Shown: piece by piece, positions 52,572-64,000 of the stretch
Layout: the number at the start of each line of letters is the position of its first letter
Numbering within the stretch: the first letter of the stretch is position 1
Assembly (NCBI GenBank): GCA_964016885.1
Contig: OZ024744.1
Location: 8,990,001-9,054,000 of the forward strand
Length of the DNA: 64,000 nucleotides
Direction: 5' to 3'
DNA from: Eledone cirrhosa
Taxonomy: Eukaryota
Notes under the pieces: model-generated
What the model was told of the DNA's origin: nothing
The model's database searches: none
The model's input: only the letters and a program-made list of their open reading frames with translations
Position numbers and translations under genes: made by a program

Positions 52572-53520
52572 CTGGGTCAAGCGAAGGCCGAGAGGGAGCG
52601 CTTGGAGACTGGAATGTTTTCAGGCGCTAACAGCCGGTGATCGGTTGAAACTCCACCTTGGCGTTCTATAGATGAGTAGTGGAGGGGAAGAGCGACGACG
52701 TACTTGGGGAAACTCTAGGCGTCGACGAAAATGAACTAGCCAATCTCTTCGGAAGAACTTTCGGGCCAGGGGCTATGGACAACTTCCAGAAATCCCTGGC
52801 CTGGCAGTGCTACCGAGGAGCTTTGCCAGTTCGGGATAAACTCTACAGGCATGGAGGTGCCGTCAGCCGGGCATGTCCGAGATGCGCGCAGAGCGACGAA
52901 ACCGTCCTGCACGCACTTGTCCAGTGTCCGAAAATTGCTGATTTGTGGGTTTATGTCGAACACCTGCTGTCGCGTGTAGGACGGATCCGGCTATCATCTG
53001 AGTCCATCGTGAGGATTGCCCCGCCCTCTTCCTTTAGCCGGGAAGGGCAGGCAGTTTTTATCTGTCTGGTGGCCATGGCAAAATAGTATGGTGGACACGT
53101 TTGAAAGAGCTGAAGACGAGCACTTACCTCTTCGGTGATGCCCTGATTGATTTTTCAAATTTCATTTGAAAAGGAAAATCAGAGTAGAGAGGGAAGTGCT
53201 CTCTTCCCAGCATTTTGTTGAAAGATGGATGAGAGAGGCAAGAATGGCCCGAGTGAATGGGCCTATTCGGAGTAGGTATCTGTAAATTAAAGGTGGAAAA
53301 CTTGCCTTGGTGGTCAGGGTCACTGTGGCCTTTTACTGGGCTTTCTCCATAAATGTCCCTCCGAAGTCTCCCCCGTATTGGGGAATTTTTCATTGTTATT
53401 TTTTTGTTACATCCCCTGTTTTTGTTTTTTACACGCAGAAATGCCCATTTGTACCGTCCTGTATTGTCCTGCACTGTCCTTAATGGCTACTTTATGTAAA
53501 CCCTTGTGGTTAATAAAGAA
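52572..53520 (+). mobile_element. Tx1-like LINE 3' fragment
   Basis: Highly similar to ~62560-63503; ends in (TTA)n. Confidence 0.9.
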
Positions 53521-53526
53521 ATCATT

Positions 53527-53557
<31 letters not shown>

Positions 53558-53574
53558 TTGTTGTTGTTGTTCTT

Positions 53575-55880
53575 TGAGTCTCAGTCTTTAACCATCCTTG
53601 GAAACTTTTTGAGATAGTACCTAGTGCGCCTATGACAATCGGGACCACTTTGACTTGATGGCAGTTCCAAATCCTTTTTACCTCCCACTTTAAGTCCTGG
53701 TATCGGTTAATTTTCTCCCTCTCCTTCTCTTGCACTCTCGTGTCGAATGGGCAGGCCACATCCACAATCAGGCACGATCTTTTTTCCTTGTCCAAAACCA
53801 CCAGGTCAGGTCTATTGTATTCCAGTTTCTTGTCCGTCTGTATCCTAAAATCCCATAGCACCTTCACCTGATCGTTTTCTCTCACCGCCTCTGGCCTATG
53901 CTCATACCACTTCTCAGAATGTGGTAAATTGTTTACTTTGCATAGGTGCCAGTGGATCACCCTGCCCATCACATCATGTCTCCAGCCCTTATAGTGAGTC
54001 TGGGCTAGGTGTTTATACTCGGATACAATGTGAGCCACAGTCTCCTCTCTCTCTCCACAGATCCTGCACAGTGGGCTAGCCTCCTCCTTGTAAATATGGT
54101 GTTTCAACCACTTCGTTTTGAGGGCCTGCTCTTGCGCAGCCATTAGCGTTCCTTCTGTAGCCTTTTTAAGGTCTCTTCTTTTCAACCAGTTCCATGTCTG
54201 TGGATCTCTGAATTCAGTTTTCTCAAAGAAGGTACTATGAAGGGATTTTTCATGAAGGTTGCTCTCTCTCCTTGTTGTTATTTCCTCCTTGGACATCCCC
54301 TGGTCTATTGTCCTCTCCTTCAGTACAGTTCTGGGCATTGGCTCCTTACTATCAGTCACGTATTTGTGTAGGTTGTTTTTCTCCATCTGAACACAGTCCT
54401 CTATGCTGATAAGACCTCTTCCACCTTCAGAACTCCTTAAGTAGAGTCTATCGACACCACTCCTCTTGTGGAACATGTTGTAGATAGTCAATAGCTTCCT
54501 AGTCTTCCTATCCATTTCTTTTTGTTCAGCAACATTCCATCTCAGAATTCACGTACTGTACCTAATAATAGACACAGCTCGGGAATTTACTGCACTTATG
54601 GCATTCCTACTGTTCAGATGTGACTTTAATACGCTCCTTATTCTCCGAATGTATTCAGATCTTATCAATTCCTTCATTTTTTTTTCTTGATGTCATCAGC
54701 CTCCAGAATACCCAAATACTTGTATCCTTCTTCAGTGTCAATTTCCTTTATCATCTCCCCTGTTGGTACCTGGATTCCGTTGCTCTGCTCAATTTACCCC
54801 TCTTCATCACAAGGACTCCACACTTACTAATACCAAATTGCATACATATATCATTGCTGAAAATACGGACAGTGTCAACAAGTACATCCCACTCCTTCTC
54901 ACTCTTCCCGAAGAGCTTAAGATCGTCCATGAAGAGGAGGTGATTGATGGTAAGCTCTCCCTTTCCCAACTTGCATCCTGCTCTCACTTTTCGCAGTAAA
55001 ATGGTCAGGGGCATCAGGGCAAGGACAAACAACAGCGGGGACAGACTATCTCCCTGGAAGATACCTCTCTTGATCTTCACGCTTCCCAAGGATTCTCCAG
55101 CTGATGTTAACTCTGTTTTCCAGGACTTCATACGTTTGCCCAACAACTGTCTGATGTTATCTGCTACCTTGAAGATCTCTAGGCTTTTGGTGATCCAAGA
55201 ATGAGGCACCCTGTCAAATGCCTTTTTGTAGTCTATCCATCTCATGGCAAGACCAGTGTGTCTCCTCCTGCAATTCCTCATTACCATCTTATCAATAAGT
55301 AACTGGTCCTTTGTACCACGGGAGATCTTTCGGCATCCTTTCTGTTCTTCCGGTAACAAGTTGTTTGTGTGGAAGTGATGGTAGATTTCCTCAGACACAA
55401 TGCTTGTTAACAGTTTCCACATTACGGACAGACATGTGATAGGTCTATAGTTGGTAACATCATTACCCTTGATTCGGTCTTTCATTACCAGAACTGTGGT
55501 ACCTTTTGTCAACCACTCTGGTACCTCACCTGACATCAAGCAGTCATTGAACATGGTTGTCAGTTTCGGGTGGAGGGATGTTATATTTTTAATCCAATAC
55601 CCCTGCACACCATCTGGGCCTGGTGATTTCCAGTTGGTTAGTTTTTTGGCCTGCCCCTTAAGAATTTCAACTGTGATACTCAAATCAGTTTGTTGGTGTG
55701 CCTGTTCACTAATCTCCTTTTGTACTGTCTCAATCCACACTGCCTGGTCATTATGTTCAACATCCTGCTCCCATATTCCTCTCCAGAATGTCTTAGTTTG
55801 TTCCGCCTCAGGGATCAAGTCGTTGCCTCTTTCTTTCCCTTCAAGCTGTCCAAACAGCATCTTCTGGTTGTTGTCAAACA
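53575..55880 (-). mobile_element. R4/Dong-clade LINE (RT, zinc knuckle, RLE)
   Basis: NYRPITC, WIDYKKAFD, GIFQGDSLSP, FMDD, CRICG..ETVAH, RPDLVV..IVDVACP. Confidence 0.92.
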
Positions 55881-55900
55881 TTATTATTATTATTATTATT

Positions 55901-56030
55901 GGCGACCTAGGTAGTAAACGTATCATCGTGAGCTCCGCAAAGGTTTGTTATTTTCATTTATTTAAAATTGCCATTCATGGTAAATTGTTATTGTATATAA
56001 GTGCACATACATTGTTATCTTAACGTATTA
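55901..56030 (+). mobile_element. Isolated Tx1-like 5' end
   Basis: (TTA)n-ggcgacctaggtagtaaa matches 57651-57775. Confidence 0.8.
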
Positions 56031-56048
56031 TTTATTTCAGCATGTGGA

Positions 56049-56247
56049 TTGGCGGTATCGGTAGAGGGTCGGACGAGGGTCGGTAGAGGGTCGGACGCCA
56101 TGCTTTCCAGCATAGTTACGTCCCTTTACGATCTGAGTTCAAATCCCGCCGAGGTTGACTTTGCCTTTCATCCTTACGGGGTCGATAAAATAAAAGTACC
56201 AGTAATGCACTGGGTATTTGCTGGCCTTGTGCCTAAAGTAGAAACAA
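56049..56247 (+). mobile_element. Main-family SINE with small 5' duplication
   Basis: agggtcgg segment repeated; otherwise consensus-like. Confidence 0.88.
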
Positions 56248-56249
56248 TT

Positions 56250-56760
56250 ATTTATTTCAGCACTCAGATCATTGTCTGCTTCGGATGCTTCCTCCGTTCT
56301 CTCAACCTCTTCACCTTCATTTCCCACTGGCTCGTTTGCCTGGCATACTCCACTCTCCATTTCCAACCTAATCTCTCTGCTCAGTTCCTCCAGTTCCAGC
56401 TCGCTTATCCACCCATTAGTTCTTATTACCCGAGCCTGCCCGGCCAATTTTTGTTCATCTAATTTAAATAGACCAATCTCGTTCTAGATGTTATGCATCC
56501 GTTTCCTGTAGCCTTTCTCCTTGGGGTTACTCTTCAGGTAACATTGCATAACACTTCTATTCAATTCTTTCGTCCAGTTAGTTCTTGTCCTTTCCCTCCT
56601 TCTTCTTCCTCCAACACCAGCAGTATTTGGTTGACAGCCAGGTCCCTGCTGCTGGGCCAGGAAGCACCTGCTGGGTGAGAGTCTGTCACATGACATTCCA
56701 GTCTCCACTTCACCGTTATTCGAACTGTTTAGGTTCGACATTTAAACACTCTTATCGAGG
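56250..56760 (-). mobile_element. R4/Dong-clade LINE N-terminal fragment
   Basis: WTKELNRSVMQCY..GYRKRMHNI..EQKLAGQARVIRTNGWISELELE. Confidence 0.8.
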
Positions 56761-57094
56761 ATTGGTGAATGTATGGTTACATAACCACCGGTGATTTTAG
56801 TGTGGCACTATCACGCTGTAGACGAACATAAATAAACAAACAAACAAATAGGTATAAACCCCCAAAAATAAGCATAAGTTTCATTGTAATGTAATGTTTG
56901 AATGTCTGACTTAGTTTTTTTTCTTGTCTGTCTGTTTTTCTTTTCTTTTTTCTTTTCTTTACGCTTTTCGTTGCTTTTTCGGTGCTGTTTTGATTTTGAT
57001 TTTTGGTTTTTTGATTTTTTGACCGGGTCATCAAATCAGTCTATTTATATCTTTTGATGCCTTCCTCATTTAGTGGGAATACTACGATGCATGT

Positions 57095-57250
57095 CTTAGC
57101 AGGAGGTAGTGGGAGAGAATAGCGGCGGTAGCGATAATAAGGCAGTGGTGGTGGTGGTGATGTGCTAGTAGTACTTAGTAGGAGGTAGTGGGAGAGACTA
57201 GCGGCGATAGCGATAATGAGGAAGTGGTGGTGATGTGATCGTAGTACTGT
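57095..57250. repeat. ~80-bp tandem duplication
   Basis: aggaggtagtgggagaga occurs twice. Confidence 0.75.
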
Positions 57251-57616
57251 AATGATGGTGTTGAAGTTGAAGTAGAAATAGAAGTTGAGGTAACTTGACT
57301 AGAGTTTTTGGCGTGGTAGTGGTGATGGTGGCGGTGGTGGTGTTGGTGGTGAAATTATTTGCCTACCTGTCCACTTAGCCATTTTTCTCTTTTTTCGACT
57401 ATAACATTTCTGATCCAAAATTAAGTATTAAATATCGGGGCCCTATGCCGTAATGTGATGCGTTGTCGCTTACTGAGAGTCAAAACTGTAATCTTATACT
57501 TCATTTGTAATAAGAATTATTCTATCACAGTTGTTTTAAATAAGTAAAAATCAAAAACTTACAGGAGCGATTCCATAACGATATATATCCACCATGTGCG
57601 TTTTCTTCCCTTTATC

Positions 57617-57650
<34 letters not shown>

Positions 57651-57862
57651 GGCGACCTACGTAGTAAATCGTATTATCGTGAGCTCCGCAAAGGTTTATT
57701 TTCAGTTGTTTAAAATTGCCATTATTGGACAAATTTTATTCTTAACTGTATATAAGTGCACACACATTGTTTTCTGAAAAAGACACTCAAAAAGATTGGG
57801 GCCTTGAGCCCGAAATTTAAACTTTTATATTATCAAACAAAAAAAAATTTCTTTGAAAAATC

Positions 57863-59845
57863 ATGGGCGACTCACAGCTGAACCCAGTAGCTGAGAGCCT
57901 TCCTCACAAACTAACACTGCACACCAACACCACCATTGTAAATATTACTACGTTTGCCAACACTAAAAATATAAGCAGTAGCAATATTTTAAATTTGTCT
58001 CAGGCAGACATTCATTTCCTGCCATTACCAATGACTGCAGGTGTTAAAGCCGCCACCACCACCACCACCACCGCGACAACCCCCCCCCCCCCCGCCCCCA
58101 CCACCACCACCGCGACAACAGAAACAAAAGAAAAATAAATTAACTCATGATATCGAAATGAATTTAACCAAAATGAACTCTTCCACACCGAACACCACTG
58201 GCGCCACCACCTCCACAACTGAAACTAAAATTAATAATAACAAAAATAACGATAACAACAACAGCATCAATGAAATTAAGAAAACCACCCTGAGTTTTGC
58301 CAGAGTAGCAAAAACTTGCGAAGCGATCCATGTAACTCAGGAGGAATTAGAAGAAGCCAAAGGAATGGTAAAGAAAGATGGGTACAGGGACAGCCTCACC
58401 CCAACCACCCAACTAATAAAATGGAGCAACGTCGCCTATGCACCGTGTCTTATTGAACAATTAATATAAAATCGCGCCGAGTGGAACTGGCAACCGAGTC
58501 CCAAATCCAAAAAGTTTTGGGACATGTGTGGGCAAAAAAAAACCACACCAGACGTGGGCAGAAATATGGAACCGTGGACGTGTTCTTTGAAACACCACAG
58601 GAGGCTAGAGAACACTCCATGGCCCCATTAAGAAGTGACGACGTCACACTCGTCCCAAGCTATTGTTGCCAGAGACTTGTGAAGATCAGGGTGACCCACG
58701 TTCCACCGGCCATCGAAATTCCCTGGCTAATGGCTGCCGTCCTCGCCGGCATTGAAGCCAACACCAAGATAATCGAAATAGCGAAAGAAAAGCAGGAGAA
58801 CTGGTCTGGATCTGGGATGGAGCTCCTGATCCAAGCGGACCATAAAAGCATTGAAGAGATCCCAGAGGTAATAGACCTCACTGACGGCAGCCACCTCACG
58901 GTAATTGTCGAGGGCAGAAGACCTAGGTGTGTCGTTTGTGGTGAAGGAACCCACCTAAGGGCTTTCTGCCCTCAGGCTAAAAGGTTGAGGCCACCTTTCT
59001 TACCCACCCCAGTGACTCAACCATCAACACCACCAGCAGCAGAAATAACAGCAACAACTGTAGCAGCAACAACAGAAGCAACTGTAACAGCAACAACCCC
59101 AGCAACAGTAGCAAAACCAACACAACCACCACCCAACGCGCCACAACTAGCACCAGCGCCTACACCATCCACCACACCACAACCAAAACCAACGCCTGTG
59201 GGGGGTTTTCCACTCCAAGGCCTATCACAACTGGAGACAGATTGTGACGACGAGGAGTGGGAAACGGTATCAGAAAAAAAGAAAAAAAGAAACCAAAAAA
59301 GAAAATATCCCCTTCCTTCGCCCTCCAAAAACAAAATACAGAGGGAAACAAATAAACTATCAAACAAAAAAGTTAGGACAGATATGCCACCATCCACACC
59401 AGCATCACCAGCCCCATCATCACAAACACCAACACCATCACCATCATTAACCCCAACACCACCATCACCAACACCACAAAAGTCACCAAAAAGCGAAACA
59501 GAAAAAACCCCACAACAAACGCAAACAAAACAAAGCAACCAAAACGATACACACTACACAGCATTAAATTTGAACAACAACCAATTATTACACTGCATCC
59601 AACACAACACCAGCATCACAGAAAAAGACTACACAACAACCCAAAAGTTCACACCACCTCGGCACATACAAATCACTCGCATCACACAGAAAACGTACAC
59701 GACACTAAAACAAAAATTCCCCAAAGACATCGGAGACTTCCGACAAACACTCTCCAGGAGGATTTATAAGGACATTCTTCCGGAGAAGGCCACGAGCAGT
59801 GAAAAGGATGGAAAAACCATCCTTCCTCTAAGAGAAGTAAGGTAA
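57863..59845 (+). pseudogene. LINE ORF1 (RRM-like region plus CCHC knuckle), interrupted
   Basis: CVVCGEGTHLRAFC; stops at ~58138 and ~58469. Confidence 0.8.
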
Positions 59846-59879
59846 GTGGTCTTTCCCATCTTTTCCACTCCTTTTCAAC

Positions 59880-62800
59880 ATGACCTCACTCAGAATAGGC
59901 AGCATAAATGCGCGTGGCTTGGGGTCGTCATGGAAGCAGGGTCACCTTCTCAACGACCTCAGGTCACTAAACATAGATGTAGTGGCCATCAGCGAGACCA
60001 GAATCTCCGAAGCACAGGCTTTCGCACTGATCTTCGGCGGCTACGATGTGTACGCATCGAACAGCCGTCCGGGATCGGGGGGAGGAGTTGCTGTGCTTTT
60101 TTGGAGAGGTTTGGATCTCGCCATACGGGCCATCTTCCTGGACCCAGAAGGTAAGTTGGTGGTGCTGGACGTGACCAGCGGAGACGGGCAAGCTTTCTGG
60201 CTAGTGGCCGTCTATGCCCCGACAGAAGCAGGGCGGCCTGATTTTTTCCGGCGTCTGGAGACCTTTCTTGGAACGTCCCGCTCTTTAGTGTTAGTGGGCG
60301 ACTGGAACGGGATCTTAGATGCATGCTGGGACTGTGTGGGATTAGCGGATAGGGGACGAGGGTGCAAGGGCCTTACCAACCTGCTCAGGCGTTTTGAGCT
60401 GTCTGACAGGTACATATTGGATTTCCGAATGTACCAATGTGGACTAGGACAAATCGCATAGGGTCATCCAGATCATATCTAGATAGAGTATTTTGTAGGG
60501 AAATAGATAGGTCTAGCATAGGCTGTCCACAATTCAAGATAGTCAGCTACACGGACCACAAATTCGTGATCTGTGTGCTTGACTTAGATAGGCTTCATAG
60601 ACGAGGACCCGGCTACTGGAAGCTAAACGCGTCCTTACCAGCGTACAAGGCCTACAGAAACCGGATTAGCGAACTAGTTAAGCGGGCGTTGACGGGGACC
60701 ATCGTCAACAACAAGTGGTGGTTTGCTCTGAAAAGAGCGATTAGAATTGAGTCCATTAGGTTTAGTAAGGCTTTAGCAATAGAGAAAAATAGAGCAGTGG
60801 GAGAATTAGTTAGAAAATTAGACGAGGCGCTTAGCAAAGGCATTGCGACCGACGTACTTGCGGCGAAATTGGCCCTTGACCAATTCTTCAATGCAAAGCA
60901 CGAAGGCTGCGTAGTCAGAGCTAGGGTGCATGCTCTCAGAAACTAGGGCACGAAAGCCGTTCAATGGGCCCGAGTGGCGGAGGCGCGTCGTGGCAACAAA
61001 GCCACGATCCGGTCTTTGGTGGACCACGACGGGCGCATGCTACTCGATTCCGGGAAAATGTTTGATGCTTTTCAGCCACACTTCGCACAGCTGTTCGGGG
61101 GCAGCGGCGGGCCGGGTAGAGGAATGGACTTTAGTGTCTACATCGACGGACTGCCGCGGCTCTCGGCCACTGAGGCGGAGTGTTGCGAAAAGCCGATAAC
61201 AGCCGCTGAAGTACGGGAGGCAATGACTGGCTGCACAAGGGGTTAATCGCCTGGTTTGGATGGTCTGCCCTGTGAACTTTACGTACAGATGCTAGACTTG
61301 TTCGGAGGCCTCTTGGCGGACGTCTACTGCAAATGACAACAGAACGGGAGAATTTCCAGCTCTGTGAGCCAAGGAGTGGTGGCCCTGCAGAGAAAGGATC
61401 CGAACAAGGGGATAACATAGATAATTTCCGGCCCATAACTCTGCTAAACACAGAGTTCAAGATTTTGGCCAAGGTGCTTGCAAAGATGTTGGCGCTTGTC
61501 GCTGGTGGTCTGGTGGGAGAGGCGCAGAGGTGCGCCATTCCCGACAGATCCATCCTCGACAACCTCCACCTCATGCGATACATCGTAGAGAGGGTAGCTA
61601 GGAACCTGGCACGGGTGGGTCCTTGATCAATATAGATCAGTCGAAAGCTTTCGATAGGGTCGACCATCGTTACCTAGCGGCAGTCCTGAGGGCGGCTGGC
61701 TTTGCGCCCGTCTTCAGAGGCTGGATCGCTGCCATGCACAGCGACATTTGCTCTGTGGTGAGAGTGAACGGTCACCTTTCGGAACCGTTCAACATCATGC
61801 GCTCTGTCCGCCAAGGATGTCCCCTCTCGTCCTTCTTGTACGTATTGACTCTCGAGCCATTACTGCACAAACTGGAGACGTTGAGGGGGTCCCGCGCGAA
61901 CTAGGATGCGGAAGATCCGTGTCAGCATATGTGGACGATGTCACCGTAGTGGTGTCGAACGCCAAACACATCGAGGCGATCGGCACTACACTAAGAGAAT
62001 ACGAAGCGGTGACAGGAGCAATGATCAACCAGGAAAAGTCAGTGGGCCTGCAGCTCGGCACCTTGAGAGGCAGGTCCATGCCGTCCAACAGCGTCGTCGG
62101 GCGCTGGACGGACGGACCAGTTAAATTGCTAGGGGTATGGTTCGGTCCGGAACTCCAGATGGACAAAAACTAGGACGAGGTGACGAGCAGGGTGGCTTCT
62201 CTCACCCAGAAATGGGCGGAGAGGAAGCTATCCCTGAAAGGTCGAGCGGAGGTGGCCAACGCGTACATCGCGTCCGTCATCTACTACCGCCTGACCGTCG
62301 TACCTTGTCCTAAGCCCCGCCTGACTGCGCTGGAACGTTTGCTCTTTCGTTTTTTGTGGAAGGGACGCGCTCCGATGGACAGGCGGTCCATCTGCTGTCA
62401 ACACCCGCTACGTGGAGGGCTGGGCATGCCGTGGCTGATGATGCGCAGACACGCGCTCAGGCTACGACATCTCCACCTCTTCCTCGACGGTGATCAGGTG
62501 TGGTCGCCGTTTGCTAGACACGTCTTTCCCCAGCTTGTCTCCTTGACGGAGCTGCAGGCCTGGGTCAAGCGAAGACCGAGAGGGAACGCTTGGAGACTGG
62601 AATGTCTTCAGGCGCTCACAGCCCTCGACCAATCTGGCAATGTGATCGGTGGGAACTCCACCTTGGCGTTCTATAGAGGATTAGTGGAGGGGAAGAGCGA
62701 CGACGTACTTGGAGAAACTCTAGGCGTCGACGAAAATCAACTAGCCAATCTCTTCGGAAGGACTTTCGGGCCGGGGCCTATGGACAACTTCCAGAAATCC

Positions 62801-63260
62801 CTGACCTGGCAGTGCTACTGAGGAGCTTTGCCAGTTCGGGATAAACTCTACAGGCATGGAGGTGCCGTCAGCCGGACATGTCTGAGATGCGCGCAGGGTG
62901 ACGAAACCGTCCTGCACGCACTCGTCCAGTGTCCGAGCATTGCTGACTTGTGGGTTTATGTGGAACACCTGCTATCGCGTGTAGGACGGATCCGACTATC
63001 AGCTGAGTCCATCGTGAGGATTGCCCCGCCCTCTTCCTTTAGCCGGGAAGGGCAGGCAGTTTTTATCTGTCTGGTGGCCATGGCGAAAGAGATAGTATGG
63101 AGGACACGTTTGAAAGGGCTGAAGACGAGCACTTACCTCTTCGAAAAAGAAAATCAGGGTAGAGAAGGAAGTGCTCCCTTCCCAGCATTTTGTTGAAAGA
63201 TGGGTGAGAGAAGCAAGTATGGCCCGAATGAATGGGCCTCCTCTGAGTATGTGTCTGTAA
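59880..63260 (+). pseudogene. LINE ORF2 (APE endonuclease, RT, Cys-rich domain), disabled
   Basis: SINARGL, ISET, VYAP, GDWN, TDH, NFRPITLLN, KAFDRV, RQGCPLS, YVDD, CLRC..ETVLH; several stops and frameshifts. Confidence 0.9.
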
Positions 63261-64000
63261 ATTAAAGGTGAAAACTGGGAGAGGGCACTTGCCCTGGTGG
63301 TCAGGCTCACTGTGGCTTTTTAATGGGCTTTTCCCACAAATGTCCCTCCGAAGTCTCCCCCCTAATGGGGAATATTTCATTGTTATTTTTATTACATCCG
63401 CTGTTTTTTTACACGCAGAAATGCCCATTTGTACCGTCCTGTATTGTCCTGTACTGTCCTTAACGTCTACTTTATGTAAACCCTTGTGGTTAATAAAGAA
63501 AGCATTATTATTATTATTATTATTGAATGCTATGGTTGACGGAGGCTCGGCTCTGTAAGGTACTGTAAATTTTGAACGCTTTAACAATTGTAAATTGTTT
63601 AAAACTTAGACCAACTTGTAGACAAAAACACCCTCCTCCTCGTGAGAGGGGTCTTTCTGCCCGTTATTTGGCCATTCGGGGTTAAATAACTGCTTATTGG
63701 AGGTTTGTACCCAATATTTATTTTAAACAAAAAAAAACAACATGGCTACGAAAAAGAATTTGCATAGGTCACTCCCACTCATTCCGTCTTCTTCTTCCTC
63801 AATCGTCACTACAGCAGAGAGAAGATTGTCTCTCTCCCTCCCTTCTTTAAATGTGTCTCTCTCCCTCCCTTCTCTTTCGCAAGTGACGAAAGAAAAGAAA
63901 AGTCTCGTGCAAAGCATGCAAGGTTTCTCCACGACGACGACGACAGCGACGAAACTGGTGTGCGGGAAATACGAAAACCCAGTTCATTCGTCTGACGTCA

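Larger units (their letters stand above)
57651..63503 (+). mobile_element. Full-length disabled Tx1/L1-type LINE
   Basis: 5' UTR, ORF1, ORF2 and 3' UTR, with (TTA)n on both sides. Confidence 0.92.

Overview
AT-rich, microsatellite-dense animal genomic DNA. The tRNA-derived SINE family and the LINE repertoire look like a coleoid cephalopod (Octopus-like); this is inference, not a database result. No host protein-coding exon could be supported, and most ORF-track entries are microsatellite translations. The window is a nest of mostly decayed transposons: R4/Dong-type RLE LINEs, RTE, CR1, CRE, a full-length but disabled Tx1/L1-type LINE sitting in (TTA)n, several Penelope-like elements (PLEs; Neptune-like and probably Naiad-like), Helitron-like elements, MITE/foldback elements and about a dozen SINE copies. 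Two hidden signals stand out. (1) There are roughly 20 type-I hammerhead ribozyme (HHR) motifs from about a dozen unrelated sequence families. They include intact copies, a tandem ~412-nt HHR repeat resembling a retrozyme, U3-A8 covariant cores, HHRs with very large stem-II inserts, and fold-back palindromes that turn inside HHR stem II. (2) One PLE has a long upstream ORF1 joined to its RT-GIY-YIG frame by an in-phase U UUU UUA heptamer inside a ~40-nt overlap, suggesting a gag-pol-like -1 frameshift (or a splice acceptor). All structures were folded by eye, and element boundaries are approximate.
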